Shown: piece by piece, positions 12,437-23,553 of the stretch | How the letters are laid out: each line of letters opens with the position of its first letter | Position numbering within the stretch: position 1 is the stretch's first letter | Notes under the pieces: generated by a model | What the model was told of the DNA's origin: nothing | The model's database searches: none | What the model saw: only the letters and a program-made list of their open reading frames with translations | Source of the DNA: Squalus acanthias | Taxonomy: Eukaryota | Length of the DNA: 64,000 nt | Assembly: GCA_030390025.1 (NCBI GenBank) | Contig: CM059452.1 | Location: 8,060,001-8,124,000 of the forward strand | Direction of reading: 5' to 3' | Made by a program: the position numbers and the translations under genes

Positions 12437-12936
12437 GGTTTTTTACGGGATCCGCTATATCTCTGCAGCAGTGTGGGGCTCATAGCACAGAAATACACGG
12501 CGGTGTCGGAGATCAGGGCGTTGCTGATCGTTAGCTCAGTAATCTTGGTATTTTTATTACACGTAGAAGAGAATCGGTCAGTGAAGTCGGGGTTCCGGTT
12601 TACTATTCCTGCAATGATATAAACCACGTACTGTGGAAGCTGCCCGGGGTGCTGACTGTACCAGAACACATAAAGGGTAGAAGCGCTTCTTTACAAGGTG
12701 CAGTTTAGTGTGGCATAAATTTTCTCTTCAACCGTCATTTCAGGAACCGGTTGTTCCACTGTGTCTTGGCGGCTCCATTCTGACACAAAATAACAATAAT
12801 AGTCATCATCATCATCATTTTATAAATCATAACATCTGGGTCACAGCAGTCAGGGAGACAATGGATTTTTACTGGGCAGGTAATACTTACTGAGAAGTGA
12901 TATAATGACGAGGAGCGGTGCGAGACGGTTTTACAT
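12437..12936 (-). pseudogene. TCR alpha/delta V pseudogene V2 (L 12891-12936, V 12476-12779, RSS)
   Basis: Leader starts ATG TAA; a second in-frame TAA at 12691-12693. FWYSQHPG...DTAVYFCAMS; heptamer CACACTG at 12469-12475 with a degenerate nonamer. Confidence 0.88.
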
Positions 12937-13650
12937 GGCGCTCCCTGAGTCTGTAACACTGCAGTCCGGGAAATCCTCTCTCGGATCAGAATTACCGATC
13001 CCCACACCACTGCATTGCTGCTCCAACCAATGCCAAACAGGGAGCAGCGGCAACAATCTCTCCAATAGCACAGGGCAGGCAAGGCGTGTCAGAGCGAGAG
13101 CAGCAAACGGAAGCTGAGGGTGGTGCTGCCTCAGACTCAAAACTGAGCAAATTCTGAGCTCTGTGTAACCACAGAAAGTGCGCGGCGCCGCTCAGCTGCA
13201 CTCGGAGATGATGGAGCGGAAAGGGCATTGGTTGGGTCATGAGAAGTCTGTGGTCTACCTGCTGCTGCTCACTGATGAAATGACTGGGAATGAGTAGAGT
13301 GGGAGGGAAATAAAGAGATTGCACAGCTGTAATCTAGAGTTCTGAGACACAATATTTTGCAGAGATGCTTTTATATATAATCTATAAATCCCTAAACCCC
13401 CTCAATGATCTCATTCTAAATCGGATTGAACAGAATCCACCAGCAGAGGGCGCCAAATTCAAGCATAGTAATTAGAAAGTCACGCGATGAAAACACCACA
13501 GCGAATAGCAATTGTAACCTCAGTGATGTCACAATGGGTCCGCCCTTGCAGTGTGTGGGTGGAACAATGAGCTGAACAGCCCGGGTTACCGCACCCCTTC
13601 TCAATCTCGGCCTCATTCAATTCCAAGTCACTGTGAGAATTCAGTCAGGT

Positions 13651-14009
13651 ATGTTGCTAATAATATTGGCGGCAGTGTTGGACAGTAAGTAGTGGATTAT
13701 CTTAAACAACACAGGTTATCAGATCGATGCAAAGTTGGTTCGGTGCAGTTAGATTGCGAATATACAGTCCTAGATGTTTACGCCATGCAATGGTATTGCC
13801 AGAAACCGGCACAGCCTCCAAGCTGGGTAAATAGCAAAGCAGTAGCACTGAAGGAAGTCGAAATCTCAGGGCAATATCTGGCGGCTGTTGGCAAGTCTAG
13901 AAAGTACGGTTACCTAAATGTAAGCGGCCTGAGTATGGAGGACGGGGCGGTCTATAACTGTGCAGTGAGGCATAGCGTCAGATAAAAACAAAAGCCCCGC
14001 ACAAAAACC
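13651..14009 (+). pseudogene. TCR V pseudogene V3 (leader intact; acceptor and start of FR1 deleted; heptamer mutated)
   Basis: ATG TTG CTA ATA...GAC A|gtaagt; then SVQLDCEY...WYCQKP...AVYNCAVR; CATAGCG-23-ACAAAAACC. Inverted paralogue of V18. Confidence 0.85.
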
Positions 14010-14129
14010 TCAGCGAGCATTTACACCTTCTTGAAGTGCTTTTTGGTGCTTTTATCTGTGGGGTTAGATTGATCCCAAAGTCACGAAGACCACAGACTGT
14101 CAGGTTGCTATATCAAACTGTTGTATTCG

Positions 14130-14350
14130 TGTCTTTGTCTTTGTCCAAATCAGCGGAGAACCGATCTGGGAAATACAGAGAATTATCTCCCCGCCCCAAG
14201 CGATATCTCCTGTGGAAATATCTCGGAGCTAACCCGGGATAATGAAGGACCAGTAGAGGAAAGGCAAACTATCGGAAGTGGGGAAACTACAGCTGAGTAT
14301 TATGGTCTGTTCTTCTAGAACCGTTAATTCAGACAGATCCTGGGACACTG
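14130..14350 (-). pseudogene. Truncated, frameshifted V fragment V4 (V21 family)
   Basis: VSQDLSELTVLEEQTIILSCSF...LYW, frameshift, ...FPDRFSADLDKDKDT. No YYC or RSS; the 5' end is replaced by a repeat. Confidence 0.75.
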
Positions 14351-14489
14351 ATACAAAAAGAAAATACTGCAGATGCTGGAAATCTGAAATAAAAACAGAA
14401 AATGCTGGAGAAACTCAGCAGGTCAGGCAGCATCTGTGAAGAGGGAAACAGAGTTAACGTTTCAGGTCGATGACCTTTCGTCAGAACTC
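14351..14489 (-). mobile_element. Short Penelope-type repeat with a minimal hammerhead ribozyme (14451-14489)
   Basis: Minus strand: gagtt CTGACGA a aggtc-atc-gacct GAAA CG T T aactc. The remainder (actgcagatgctggaaatctgaaataaaaacagaaaatgctgg) resembles a common elasmobranch repeat. Confidence 0.72.
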
Positions 14490-14612
14490 AGACTTCACCT
14501 ATTGGGAGACTGGGGGCGGTTCCCAGGGACAGTGTTATAAAACACCCAGCGCTCTGATAATGGCACAGCCTACAGTTTTTGTACGGTCTCTGCTGATCTT
14601 TGCTGCACTGTG

Positions 14613-15117
14613 TCTCCACCGCACAGAAATAGGTGGCGGTGTCTGTCACTCGAGCGTCGCTAACATTCAGAGCACTGCGCTTCTCTACTGAACTGAAGCG
14701 AGCCGTGATCCTGCTCTGATCGCTGGTACCGGTCGCCAGATGTTGCACGGTTCGCTTCGGGTATTGTCTGTACCATTGTAGCATCCGTCCTGTGACTGTG
14801 GTGGAACAGGTCAACGATGCAGTGTCTCCCTCAGTAACAACCACTGACTCGGGAGACTGCGATACCTCTTCACTGCCAGTGGCACCTGAGACGAGTATGT
14901 AATATAATATATAATTAAGTCAATGTAATTAATATAATATAATTTTAGAATGTAATATAATACAATATAACATAACATAAAATAATAACAAGTAAACAAT
15001 AATAAATACATATAAGATGTTAAATATTCCCGATAGACAGAGATTGTGACCACACTCACACGGAGGGGTGAGTAAGAAATTCAGGGAGATAATCACTAAA
15101 GTGAAGCTCTGCTTCAT
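14613..15117 (-). CDS. TCR alpha/delta V segment V5, intact (L 15060-15117, V 14613-14885)
   Basis: MKQSFTLVIISLNFLLTPP/CATGSEEVSQSPESVVVTEGDTASLTCSTT...WYRQYP...DTATYFCAVE; RSS CACAGTG(14606-14612)-23-ACAAAAACT. Confidence 0.9.
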
Positions 15118-16650
15118 GTCGGATCCTATCGATTTGTGTAAAGTGACTGTCGGCAGATCGAGGCCGAGAGAGGCTCCTGGAGAAGGCAGCGCTGTTGTGT
15201 ATCAATCTGGGCCCGACACCAAGACACTGTGCCCGTTACACACGGGTCTCTGGGACTCAAAAAGTGAACCTGTGAGGTAAGCTCCGGGCTCAGCATTGAT
15301 GGGGATTGGCGGAGCGGTACAGCTCATGCGTCAGAGCATAGGCGCGTCATCCTGAAGCAAATGAGAACAGAGAGAGCACAAATAGTGAACAATGTTCTGA
15401 GATCAGCTCAAAGAGGACCACTTAAACCCGACCACCAGGTGGCGCTGACAGGCAGCTGCTTCCCACGGCCGGTCACGTTGCATCAACCAATACAGACTGA
15501 CATTCTTTTAAATATAAATTAACAAGAAATTCCTTTTTTCCTTTATATATTCACTGACAGTGTCACAATTTCACGCATTACTTGACTGTAAATGAGCTTG
15601 TCACCTCCAGTTGACAGTTTTGAATTAAATACCTTTCTCATTAATAATTACAATTCGGAATTTGTTGGACTTTTGTTATATTATCCAACATCTGTTGCCA
15701 CCCCCATAGTTTAATCCCAGCTCAGCGATGAAGATGCTTGTAGCTGCTTTAATAACTGCAAATCCTTTCGCGAGCCTGGGGATAACACAGTTCTTATAGA
15801 GAATCGGAGTTACATAGTTCCCAAAGGGTACATTATTATTGATGTAATTTCCTCACACATGTATTGTCTGTGTGTTGTACGGCTGAATGCTGCAATTAAA
15901 CAAACGGCGTCAACAGATATTAAATCCGTTTGACCCTGTCAAAGTGAACATCCCTTGTAAAGTGACCCCAGATCCTGGCGAGTATTCCATGTGTTCTTCA
16001 CCGCATTCCCTGCACATGTGGGCCCTTTACACTCCCAGCACCCTTTTAAATTCACACTTAGCTATTTCAACACTACTCATGAGGTATGTATGTTCTTCAT
16101 TGTCTCTTCTCATGGACAATACTTCACACTTTTTCTGGATTAAATTTAATCTACCATAATCGTCTGTATTTTTCTCTCTCTCGGTGGGTGAATCCATTCA
16201 ACGGGACCGCTAATGTTCAGTTCTCCCTTGTATTCGGTAGCCCCGGGTAATTTATCAATTAATCTGTCTGACAAACTGCTCTCCCCAGTCACCCCACCAG
16301 AAAAGGAAGCCTCCGTCCCCATTGTCGAGGCTGCATTTGAACACAGAGTCCCAGAGGGTGAAACGCTGACTTCGGAGTCATTGCAAGGACCTGATTTCCC
16401 CCACCAGTCTGAATAGACACCAATCGCTTTTGACGTTTACAAAGTCCAACCAGCCCGAATATCGGCTGTGTCGGTGAGAAACACGTCAGCCGTCTGATAA
16501 TTGGATGCTGAGGAACAAAGATATAAGAGGCGGCCGCCTTTGCCAGTCGCTGACAAATTAAAAAGTCGGTTATCGAATTGATTAGTGATACAGACGCCTT
16601 GCCACGAATCCGACATCCAGAGAATTTCAGAACCAATATCCTGAAATACG

Positions 16651-17057
16651 ATGCATCGACTTGGGACCGACACCTTTTTATTGTCATGTGACTATTCTGA
16701 ATGAAGATTGATTGTAAAATAAACCTATTGAGCGTGTTGCAGTTTGCCTTGTATTAGCAGGGGTCCGTGGTGAGGAGGGATTTCCCAAACCGAGCAGGTG
16801 ACGGCGGTGGAGGGACAATCGGTTCAAATCCGGTGCGGTGCGACCACCAGGAGCAGCGATAGGATTTTGTGGTACCGGCAAATACAGGGCCGGGCACCGG
16901 AATTCACAATCTCCGCCTATCAGGGTAATACAACCGACGGGAGCGGAGGGTTCGATTTCATTTTCGGTGTGCGGGAAACCGCGGCTCCAGACTCCGGGTG
17001 TATTACTGTGCGAACACGCACATTGGGACAAACGGTGAGACATCCTGTACAATAAGA
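16651..17057 (+). pseudogene. TCR V pseudogene V6 (V7 family)
   Basis: Acceptor ends at 16760; EQVTAVEGQSVQIRC...LWYRQIQGRAPEF; frameshifts and an FR3 deletion; CACATTG(17019-17025)-23-ACAATAAGA. Confidence 0.8.
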
Positions 17058-18068
17058 CTCGTCTATCTCAATCATCGAGATCAGGACTTTTAACCTCACC
17101 ATCTTGGGTCTCCCTTTAGAAAACAGACATTCAGAATTGCAGTATTGCCATTTAATGTCACCTGACAAAGCTCTACAGGGTTAAAGAAAGGGTTAATGGT
17201 GTCGCCACTTTAAGTGGACGCACTTGTAGGAATCCCTGAGGGACTGGGTTACCCAGCAACCGGGATTTCACTGGGATACATCAAATAGGGTGGTGTCATA
17301 TTATTAAATACTCACTTAGGAAGCTACACACAGTCGTCAGGACAACTAGGGATGGTCAATAAATGCCGGCCTTGCCAGCGACGCCGACATCCAGAGAATG
17401 AATTAAAAAAAACTTTATATAATATTTTATGGCGTTTTAAGTTTTATTATTTAGTATCACTTCAAATGAAATAAATGAAAATGGAAGTTACTGCAATATT
17501 TAGCTCCGTGGTGGTTTAATTTCTTCCTGTAGTAAACATCCTGTTCACAGTAAAGTAAATAGGAACAAAATACAAAGAATTCAGAGAGTGAATACTCAGT
17601 CTGACAAATTCGACAAATACGCATTTACCCGAAGCCACCACCAGGTGGCGCGCCTGTCTGTCAGGAGCTTTCACATTGATATAGGACTTAAAGGACAATC
17701 AAAAATTTCCGCTTCTGTTTGGCTTATACAACGAAAGCATCGAGACCAAAGGCAGGACGGACGTCACGGTAACTATAAAGAGGACGGATAAGAGAAGGAA
17801 ATATGAGGTAAATATTAATTTAAAGGAGTAAAGAAGGAGAAAGATTGAGGGGTTCAGATACAGAAAGTTTGGAAGAAGTTGATGATGCTGTAAAATTCTA
17901 TGATTCTAAGACCACGATGACCATTTGAGATAGAAATACGACACAGATCAAATCTTCCTGAACAATTTAATCTGTCGTTACACACAGCGACCAGTGGAAT
18001 TCCTTCCCAGTGACGATTCAAGGGGTCTCTGGTTTGAGAGACAGCGAATGCCCGAGTGGGACTGTGAA

Positions 18069-18106
18069 TGACGTCAGGTGACAACATCCCATAATAGGCC
18101 GATTGG
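18069..18106 (+). promoter_or_regulatory. CRE palindrome and inverted CCAAT box upstream of V7
   Basis: TGACGTCA at 18069-18076 and GATTGG at 18101-18106, about 190 bp before the ATG. CRE-like motifs are typical of TCR V promoters. Confidence 0.55.
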
Positions 18107-18262
18107 TGCGAATGCCGCCCATCAGTCTCACACTGTACGGGGTGAAAGTGAAGCTCTCCCCTCTCCTCCCCCTCCCAACCATTGAAAGTCCGGGACTCGG
18201 CAGCAAGGTCTAGTCTGGAAATCAGACCCTGATTGATCCGCCTTCTGTCCATCTTCACCGTC

Positions 18263-18690
18263 ATGAACAGGAACCTCGGCAAAGACCTGTTTCCAGTTGG
18301 AGCCCTGGTGCTGTTGATGTTGTGTGAGTTCACTTATCAGCTCAGACGCCTTGTTTCATTCATCTCTTAATAGCTTGTGGTTGTTGAGTGAGTTTGTTTT
18401 GTTCACAGCCGTTCGGTGTGAGGATCGGATCTCACCCGCTGAGCAGGTGGTGTCTCGGGAAGGGGAACGGGCTGAACTGGACTGCCGGCTCTCCGTTGGT
18501 ACTGAGGATACGGTAGCCTGGTACAGACAAGCACTGGCGGGGGCGCCGACATTTATCGGCTCCATATACCAGGGAAATGAGACTACAGGACGCTACAAAC
18601 TGTCTTTTGACCGAGTGAGGAAGTCTAACACCATCTCTATAGACGGCACCTCGGCCAGAGACGCCGGAGTGTATCACTGTGCGGTGGGGC
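18263..18690 (+). CDS. TCR alpha/delta V segment V7, intact (L 18263-18323, V 18409-18690)
   Basis: MNRNLGKDLFPVGALVLLML/SVRCEDRISPAEQVVSREGERAELDC...WYRQ...DAGVYHCAVG; CACAGTG(18691-18697)-23-ACAATATCC. Confidence 0.88.
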
Positions 18691-18950
18691 CACAGTGAGG
18701 CAAAGAGCGGCTCCAGCTGCACAATATCCTGTTCGCTGCCGAGTCTCCGCTGCACCCTTAACCTTTCCTCAAATCAAGCACTTTAGAAATGCGCGTGACA
18801 ATCAGAAATGTTAGTTTCCCGTGTTTAAAATTCCATCTGGATAAAGTTACAACATCTTATAGTTATAACTACAGATACAGTGAATCCAAACATATTAACT
18901 AAGATTTTCTATGTTTGGTTGTACAACATACTGAGTAAATAGATGGACAG

Positions 18951-19421
18951 NNNNNNNNNNNNNNNNNNNNNNNNNNNNNNNNNNNNNNNNNNNNNNNNNN
19001 NNNNNNNNNNNNNNNNNNNNNNNNNNNNNNNNNNNNNNNNNNNNNNNNNNNNNNNNNNNNNNNNNNNNNNNNNNNNNNNNNNNNNNNNNNNNNNNNNNNN
19101 NNNNNNNNNNNNNNNNNNNNNNNNNNNNNNNNNNNNNNNNNNNNNNNNNNNNNNNNNNNNNNNNNNNNNNNNNNNNNNNNNNNNNNNNNNNNNNNNNNNN
19201 NNNNNNNNNNNNNNNNNNNNNNNNNNNNNNNNNNNNNNNNNNNNNNNNNNNNNNNNNNNNNNNNNNNNNNNNNNNNNNNNNNNNNNNNNNNNNNNNNNNN
19301 NNNNNNNNNNNNNNNNNNNNNNNNNNNNNNNNNNNNNNNNNNNNNNNNNNNNNNNNNNNNNNNNNNNNNNNNNNNNNNNNNNNNNNNNNNNNNNNNNNNN
19401 NNNNNNNNNNNNNNNNNNNNN
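18951..19421. other. Assembly gap (N run)
   Basis: Run of n; it may hide the leader of V8. Confidence 0.99.
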
Positions 19422-19537
19422 ATACAGAGAGACAGACAGATAGATAGATAGAGTCGATCATTCTGTCTGTATCCACTCAATTTGTTACATTCTCCTTGCA
19501 TGTATCATTATGTTAATTCTTGTTCTTGGTTTGGCAG

Positions 19538-19856
19538 CTGCTCCTTGTCACTCGGAGACATTCCAAATATCGGTTTATCGGGAACCGAAGGACAAACCAT
19601 TTCGCTTCATCACAAAGCTACTTTCGCTACAAATGAATTCGTATTCTGGTACCGGCAGTTCTACAATCAAGCTCCCGAGTATCTCAGCTCCACATTCAGA
19701 GAAGAAAGAGTTGAGGGCAGGTTTAAAGTGTCTGTGGACCGTGAGAAAGGCTCCACCACTCTCACCGTTAACACGGCTCGCCTGCCAGATGCCGCGCTGT
19801 ATTACAGTGCGGTGAGACACGGTGAAACAAAGAGGTGAGGAGCCTGTACAAGAACT
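19538..19856 (+). pseudogene. TCR V pseudogene V8 (both canonical Cys lost, early frameshift)
   Basis: GTEGQTISLHHK...FWYRQFYNQAPEY...DAALYYSAVR; CACGGTG(19818-19824)-23-ACAAGAACT. Confidence 0.82.
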
Positions 19857-20084
19857 CACTCATCGCGGGGACCGAGGAGACTCCAAGCCCACGGTTTCAG
19901 AAGCGAGTGCGATAAAAGTAAAATCAGTAACAAGGTAATTAAAAAGACTAAAATGCATCATCAGAGCCATTTAATAGAATAAAAATAAGATTTATTGTTT
20001 ATTTGGAAATACAAGTTAATTTTTTCACAATTTCACCATAATCGGTCCTGATCCTGCTGGAACTTCTCGATTATCTCTCCCGCA

Positions 20085-21320
20085 CTGTACCGCGCCTGGG
20101 AATGTTTGATGGGACAGTGTAGAGAGAACTTTACTCTGTATCTGACCCATGCTGTAGCTGCCCTGGGAGTGTTTGATGGGGCTCTGTAGAGGGAGCTTTA
20201 CTCTGTATCTCACCCGTGTTGTACCTGCCCTGGGAGTGTTTGATGGGACAGTGTAGAGGGAGCTTTACTCTGTATCTAACCCGTGCTGTACCTGCCCTGG
20301 CAGTGTTTGATGGGACAGTTTAGAGGGAGGTTTACTCTGTATCTAACCCGTGCTGTACCTGCCCTGGCACTGTTTGATGGGACAGTGTAGAGGGAGGTTT
20401 ACTCTGTATCTAACCCGTGCTGTACATGTCCTGGGAGTGTTTGATGGGACAATGTAGAGGGAGCTTTACTCCGTATATAACCCGAGCTGTACCTGCCCTG
20501 GGAATGTTTGATGCGACAGTGTAGAGGGAGCTTTACTCTGTATCTCACCCGTGCTCTACCTGCCCTGAGAGTGTTAGATGGGACAGTGTGGAGGGAGCAT
20601 TACTCTGTGTCTAAACCGTGCTGTACCTGTCCTGGGAGTGTTTCATGGGACAGTGTAGAGGGAGCGTTACACTGTATCGAACTCGTGCTCTATCTGCCCT
20701 GGGAGTGTTTGATGGGGACAGTGTAGAGAGAGCTTTACTCTGTATCTAACCCGTGTTGTACCTGCCCTGGGAGTGTTTGATGGGACAGTGTAGAGGGAGC
20801 TTTACTCTGTATCTAACCCATGCTGTACCTGAACAAATAGTGTTTGATGGGACAATGTAGAGGGAGCTTTACTCTGTATCTAACCCGTGCTATACCTGCG
20901 CTCGGAGTGTTTGATGGGGCAGTGTAGAGGGAGCTTTACTCTGCATCTAACCCCTGCTGTTCCTGCGATGCGAGTGTTTGATGGGATAGTGTAGAGGGAG
21001 CTTTACTCTGTATCTAACCCGCGCTGTACCTGCCCCGGGAGTGTATGATGGGAGAGTGTAGAGGGAGCTTTACTCTGTATCTAACCCGTGCTGTACCTGC
21101 CCTGGGAGTGTCTGATGGGACAGTGTAGAGGGAGCTTTATTCTGTATCTAACCCGTGCTGTACTTGCCTTGAGAGTGTTGGAAGGGACAGTGTAGAGATG
21201 GCGTTACTCTGTATCTAACCCGTGCTGTACCTGCCCTGGGAGTGTTCGATGGGACAGTGTAGAGGGACCTTTACTCTATATCAAACCTATGTTGTTCCTG
21301 ACAAGGAGTTTTTGATGCGC
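20085..21320. repeat. 67-bp minisatellite (about 18 copies)
   Basis: Unit ctgtacctgccctgggagtgtttgatgggacagtgtagagggagctttactctgtatctaacccgtg. Short arrays also at about 54810-54995 and, inverted, about 7420-7480. Confidence 0.95.
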
Positions 21321-21749
21321 AATATTGCTAAAAAAAATTACCTTGATGAGGAATATATATAGTTTAGATTCAACGTTCAGTTTTCAGTTTAATCCTCAGC
21401 AGCAAATTATGAATCATCTTTGATTCATGGAGTTACTGAATAATGATTGATCTCCATTTTTACGAAATTAACAATCTAAAATTTCCAAAAGTGGAATTAT
21501 TAACGTGAAGTTCATCTAGTTTATGCAAATGAACAGGTATTGTGATAGTGACTTGGCAAACCAGAAAACTGAGACATGAAATCTCAGTATTAATATCAAA
21601 TTGCAACGATATTAAAAGCAAAGCAATAAAATGGCAGCAATTACATTAATAATAACAAAATAATCACAATAATAAACTGGCATAATAATAATACTGTGTT
21701 ATCACATAGCAGTATTCATTAATAAATTGAGAAATAATGTTTCACAGAC

Positions 21750-21928
21750 AGGATTCCAGTTACCTCATTTCGCCACTGGATGGCGCTACAGGATCTCATC
21801 TTTGGCCAACACGAACAGAGCCGTCAGTTTAACGGTTTCACATGTGACAGCTGGGGATTCCAGGAAATACTTCTGTGTCTTAACACCGCACACAGCGGTG
21901 TATTTAGGGCATCAGCCACACATAAACA
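21750..21928 (+). pseudogene. V FR3 remnant V9 with an RSS-like end
   Basis: RAVSLTVSHVTAGDSRKYFCVLT followed by CACAGCG(21891-21897)-22-ACATAAACA. Confidence 0.6.
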
Positions 21929-22089
21929 GCAGGTGTTACGGCACGGCAGTCTGACAGAGAACTCTCGGTGTCACTGTATTTCATGGCCTAAAGTCACTGT
22001 AAGGTCCGATGAGGGAGGATCACAATTCTTCAATCCAAAATGTTTCCTCAGTGTGTCATAAACAAACTGTTGCGTAGATCATACACTGG

Positions 22090-22684
22090 GCCCTCTCTCG
22101 GTTATTACTGCACTAGTCCATGTCTCTGTTTATATTACACGAGACCATGTCTCTGTTTACATTACACTAGATCCTGTCTCTGTTTATATTACGCTAGACC
22201 CTGTCTCTGTTTATATTACACTAGACCCTGTCTCTGTTTATATTACACTAGGCCCTGTCTCTGTTTATATTACACTAGACCCTTTCTCTGTTTATATTAG
22301 ACTAGACCCTGTCTCTGTTTATATTACACTAGACCCTGTCTCTGTTTATATTACACTAGGCCCTGTCTCTGTTTATATTACACTAGACCCTGTCTCTGTT
22401 TATATTACACTAGGTCCTGTCTCTTTTTATATTACACTAGGCCCTGTCTCTGTTTATATTACACTAGGCCCTGTCTCTGTTTATATTACACTAGACCCTT
22501 TCTCTGTTTATATTACACTAGGCCCTGTCTCTGTTTATATTACACTAGGTCCTGTCTCTTTTTATATTACACTAGACCCTTTCTCTGTTTATATTACACT
22601 AGGCCCTGTCTCTGTTTATATTACACTAGGCCGTGTCTCTGTTTATATTACACTAGGTCCTGTCTCTGTTTATATTACACTAGG
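22090..22684. repeat. 27-bp minisatellite, left part
   Basis: Unit tattacactagaccctgtctctgttta. Confidence 0.95.
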
Positions 22685-22687
22685 CGC

Positions 22688-23506
22688 ATGGCGGTGCTGG
22701 AGCTGCGGGTGGACTCACTCTGGAGCATGCACGATGCCGAGAACTCGGTGAATCGCTCATTTAGTGAGTTGTCCACACCGCAGGTAAAGGCTAGGACAGA
22801 CAGTGAATGGGTGACCAAGAAGCAGGGCAATATCAGGAAGGTAGTGCAGGAGTCCCCTGTGGTCATCTCCCTCCAAAACAGGTATGCCGCTTTGGATACT
22901 GTTGGGGGAGATGGCCTACCAGGGGAAGGCACTAGCAGCCAGGTTCATGGCACCATGGCTGGCTCTGCTGCACAGCAGGGCGGGAAAAAGAGTGGTAGGG
23001 CTATAGTGATAGGGGACTCAATTGTAAGGGGAATAGACAGGAGTTTCTGTGGCCGCAACCGAGATTCCAGGATGGTATGTTGCCTCCCTGGTGCAAGGGT
23101 CAAGGATGTCTCGGAGCGGCTGCAGAACATTCTGAAGAGGGAGGGTGAACAGCCAGCTGTCGTGGTGCATGTAGGTACCAACGATATAGGTAAAAAGCGG
23201 GAAGAGGTCCTACAAGCAGAATTTAGGGAGCTAGGAGCTAAATTAAAAAGTAGGACCTCTAAGGTAGTAATCTCTGGATTGCTACCAGGGCCACGTGCTA
23301 ATCAGAATAGAGAGAACAGGATAGTGAGATTGAATACGTGGCTTGAGCAGTGGTGCAGGAGGGAGGGATTCAAATTCCTGAGGCATTGGAACCAGTTCTG
23401 GGGGAAGTGGGACCTGTACAAAAGGGACGGTCTGCACTTGGGCAGGACTGGAACCGATGTCCTCGGGGTAATATTTGCTAAAGCAGTTCGGGAGGATTTA
23501 AACTAA
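22688..23506 (+). CDS. CR1 ORF1 C-terminal part (SGNH/GDSL esterase domain)
   Basis: Motifs IVIGDSIVRG, VVHVGTNDI and DGLHL. Confidence 0.85.
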   Translation: MAVLELRVDSLWSMHDAENSVNRSFSELSTPQVKARTDSEWVTKKQGNIRKVVQESPVVISLQNRYAALDTVGGDGLPGEGTSSQVHGTMAGSAAQQGGKKSGRAIVIGDSIVRGIDRSFCGRNRDSRMVCCLPGARVKDVSERLQNILKREGEQPAVVVHVGTNDIGKKREEVLQAEFRELGAKLKSRTSKVVISGLLPGPRANQNRENRIVRLNTWLEQWCRREGFKFLRHWNQFWGKWDLYKRDGLHLGRTGTDVLGVIFAKAVREDLN

Positions 23507-23553
23507 TATGGCAGGGGAATGGGAACCTATGTAGCGAAACAGGGGGAAGTAAT

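Noticed and set aside
13165-13350. Possible highly decayed V on the minus strand (VQLSGAA...FC, CACAGAG)
   Set aside because: Too degenerate; no clear Cys/Trp framework or nonamer.
18895-19501. Long ORFs full of X (also 39519-40221)
   Set aside because: Artefacts of N gaps.
21523-21530. Octamer ATGCAAAT upstream of the V9 remnant
   Set aside because: A single match in AT-rich sequence with no leader exon nearby; likely chance.
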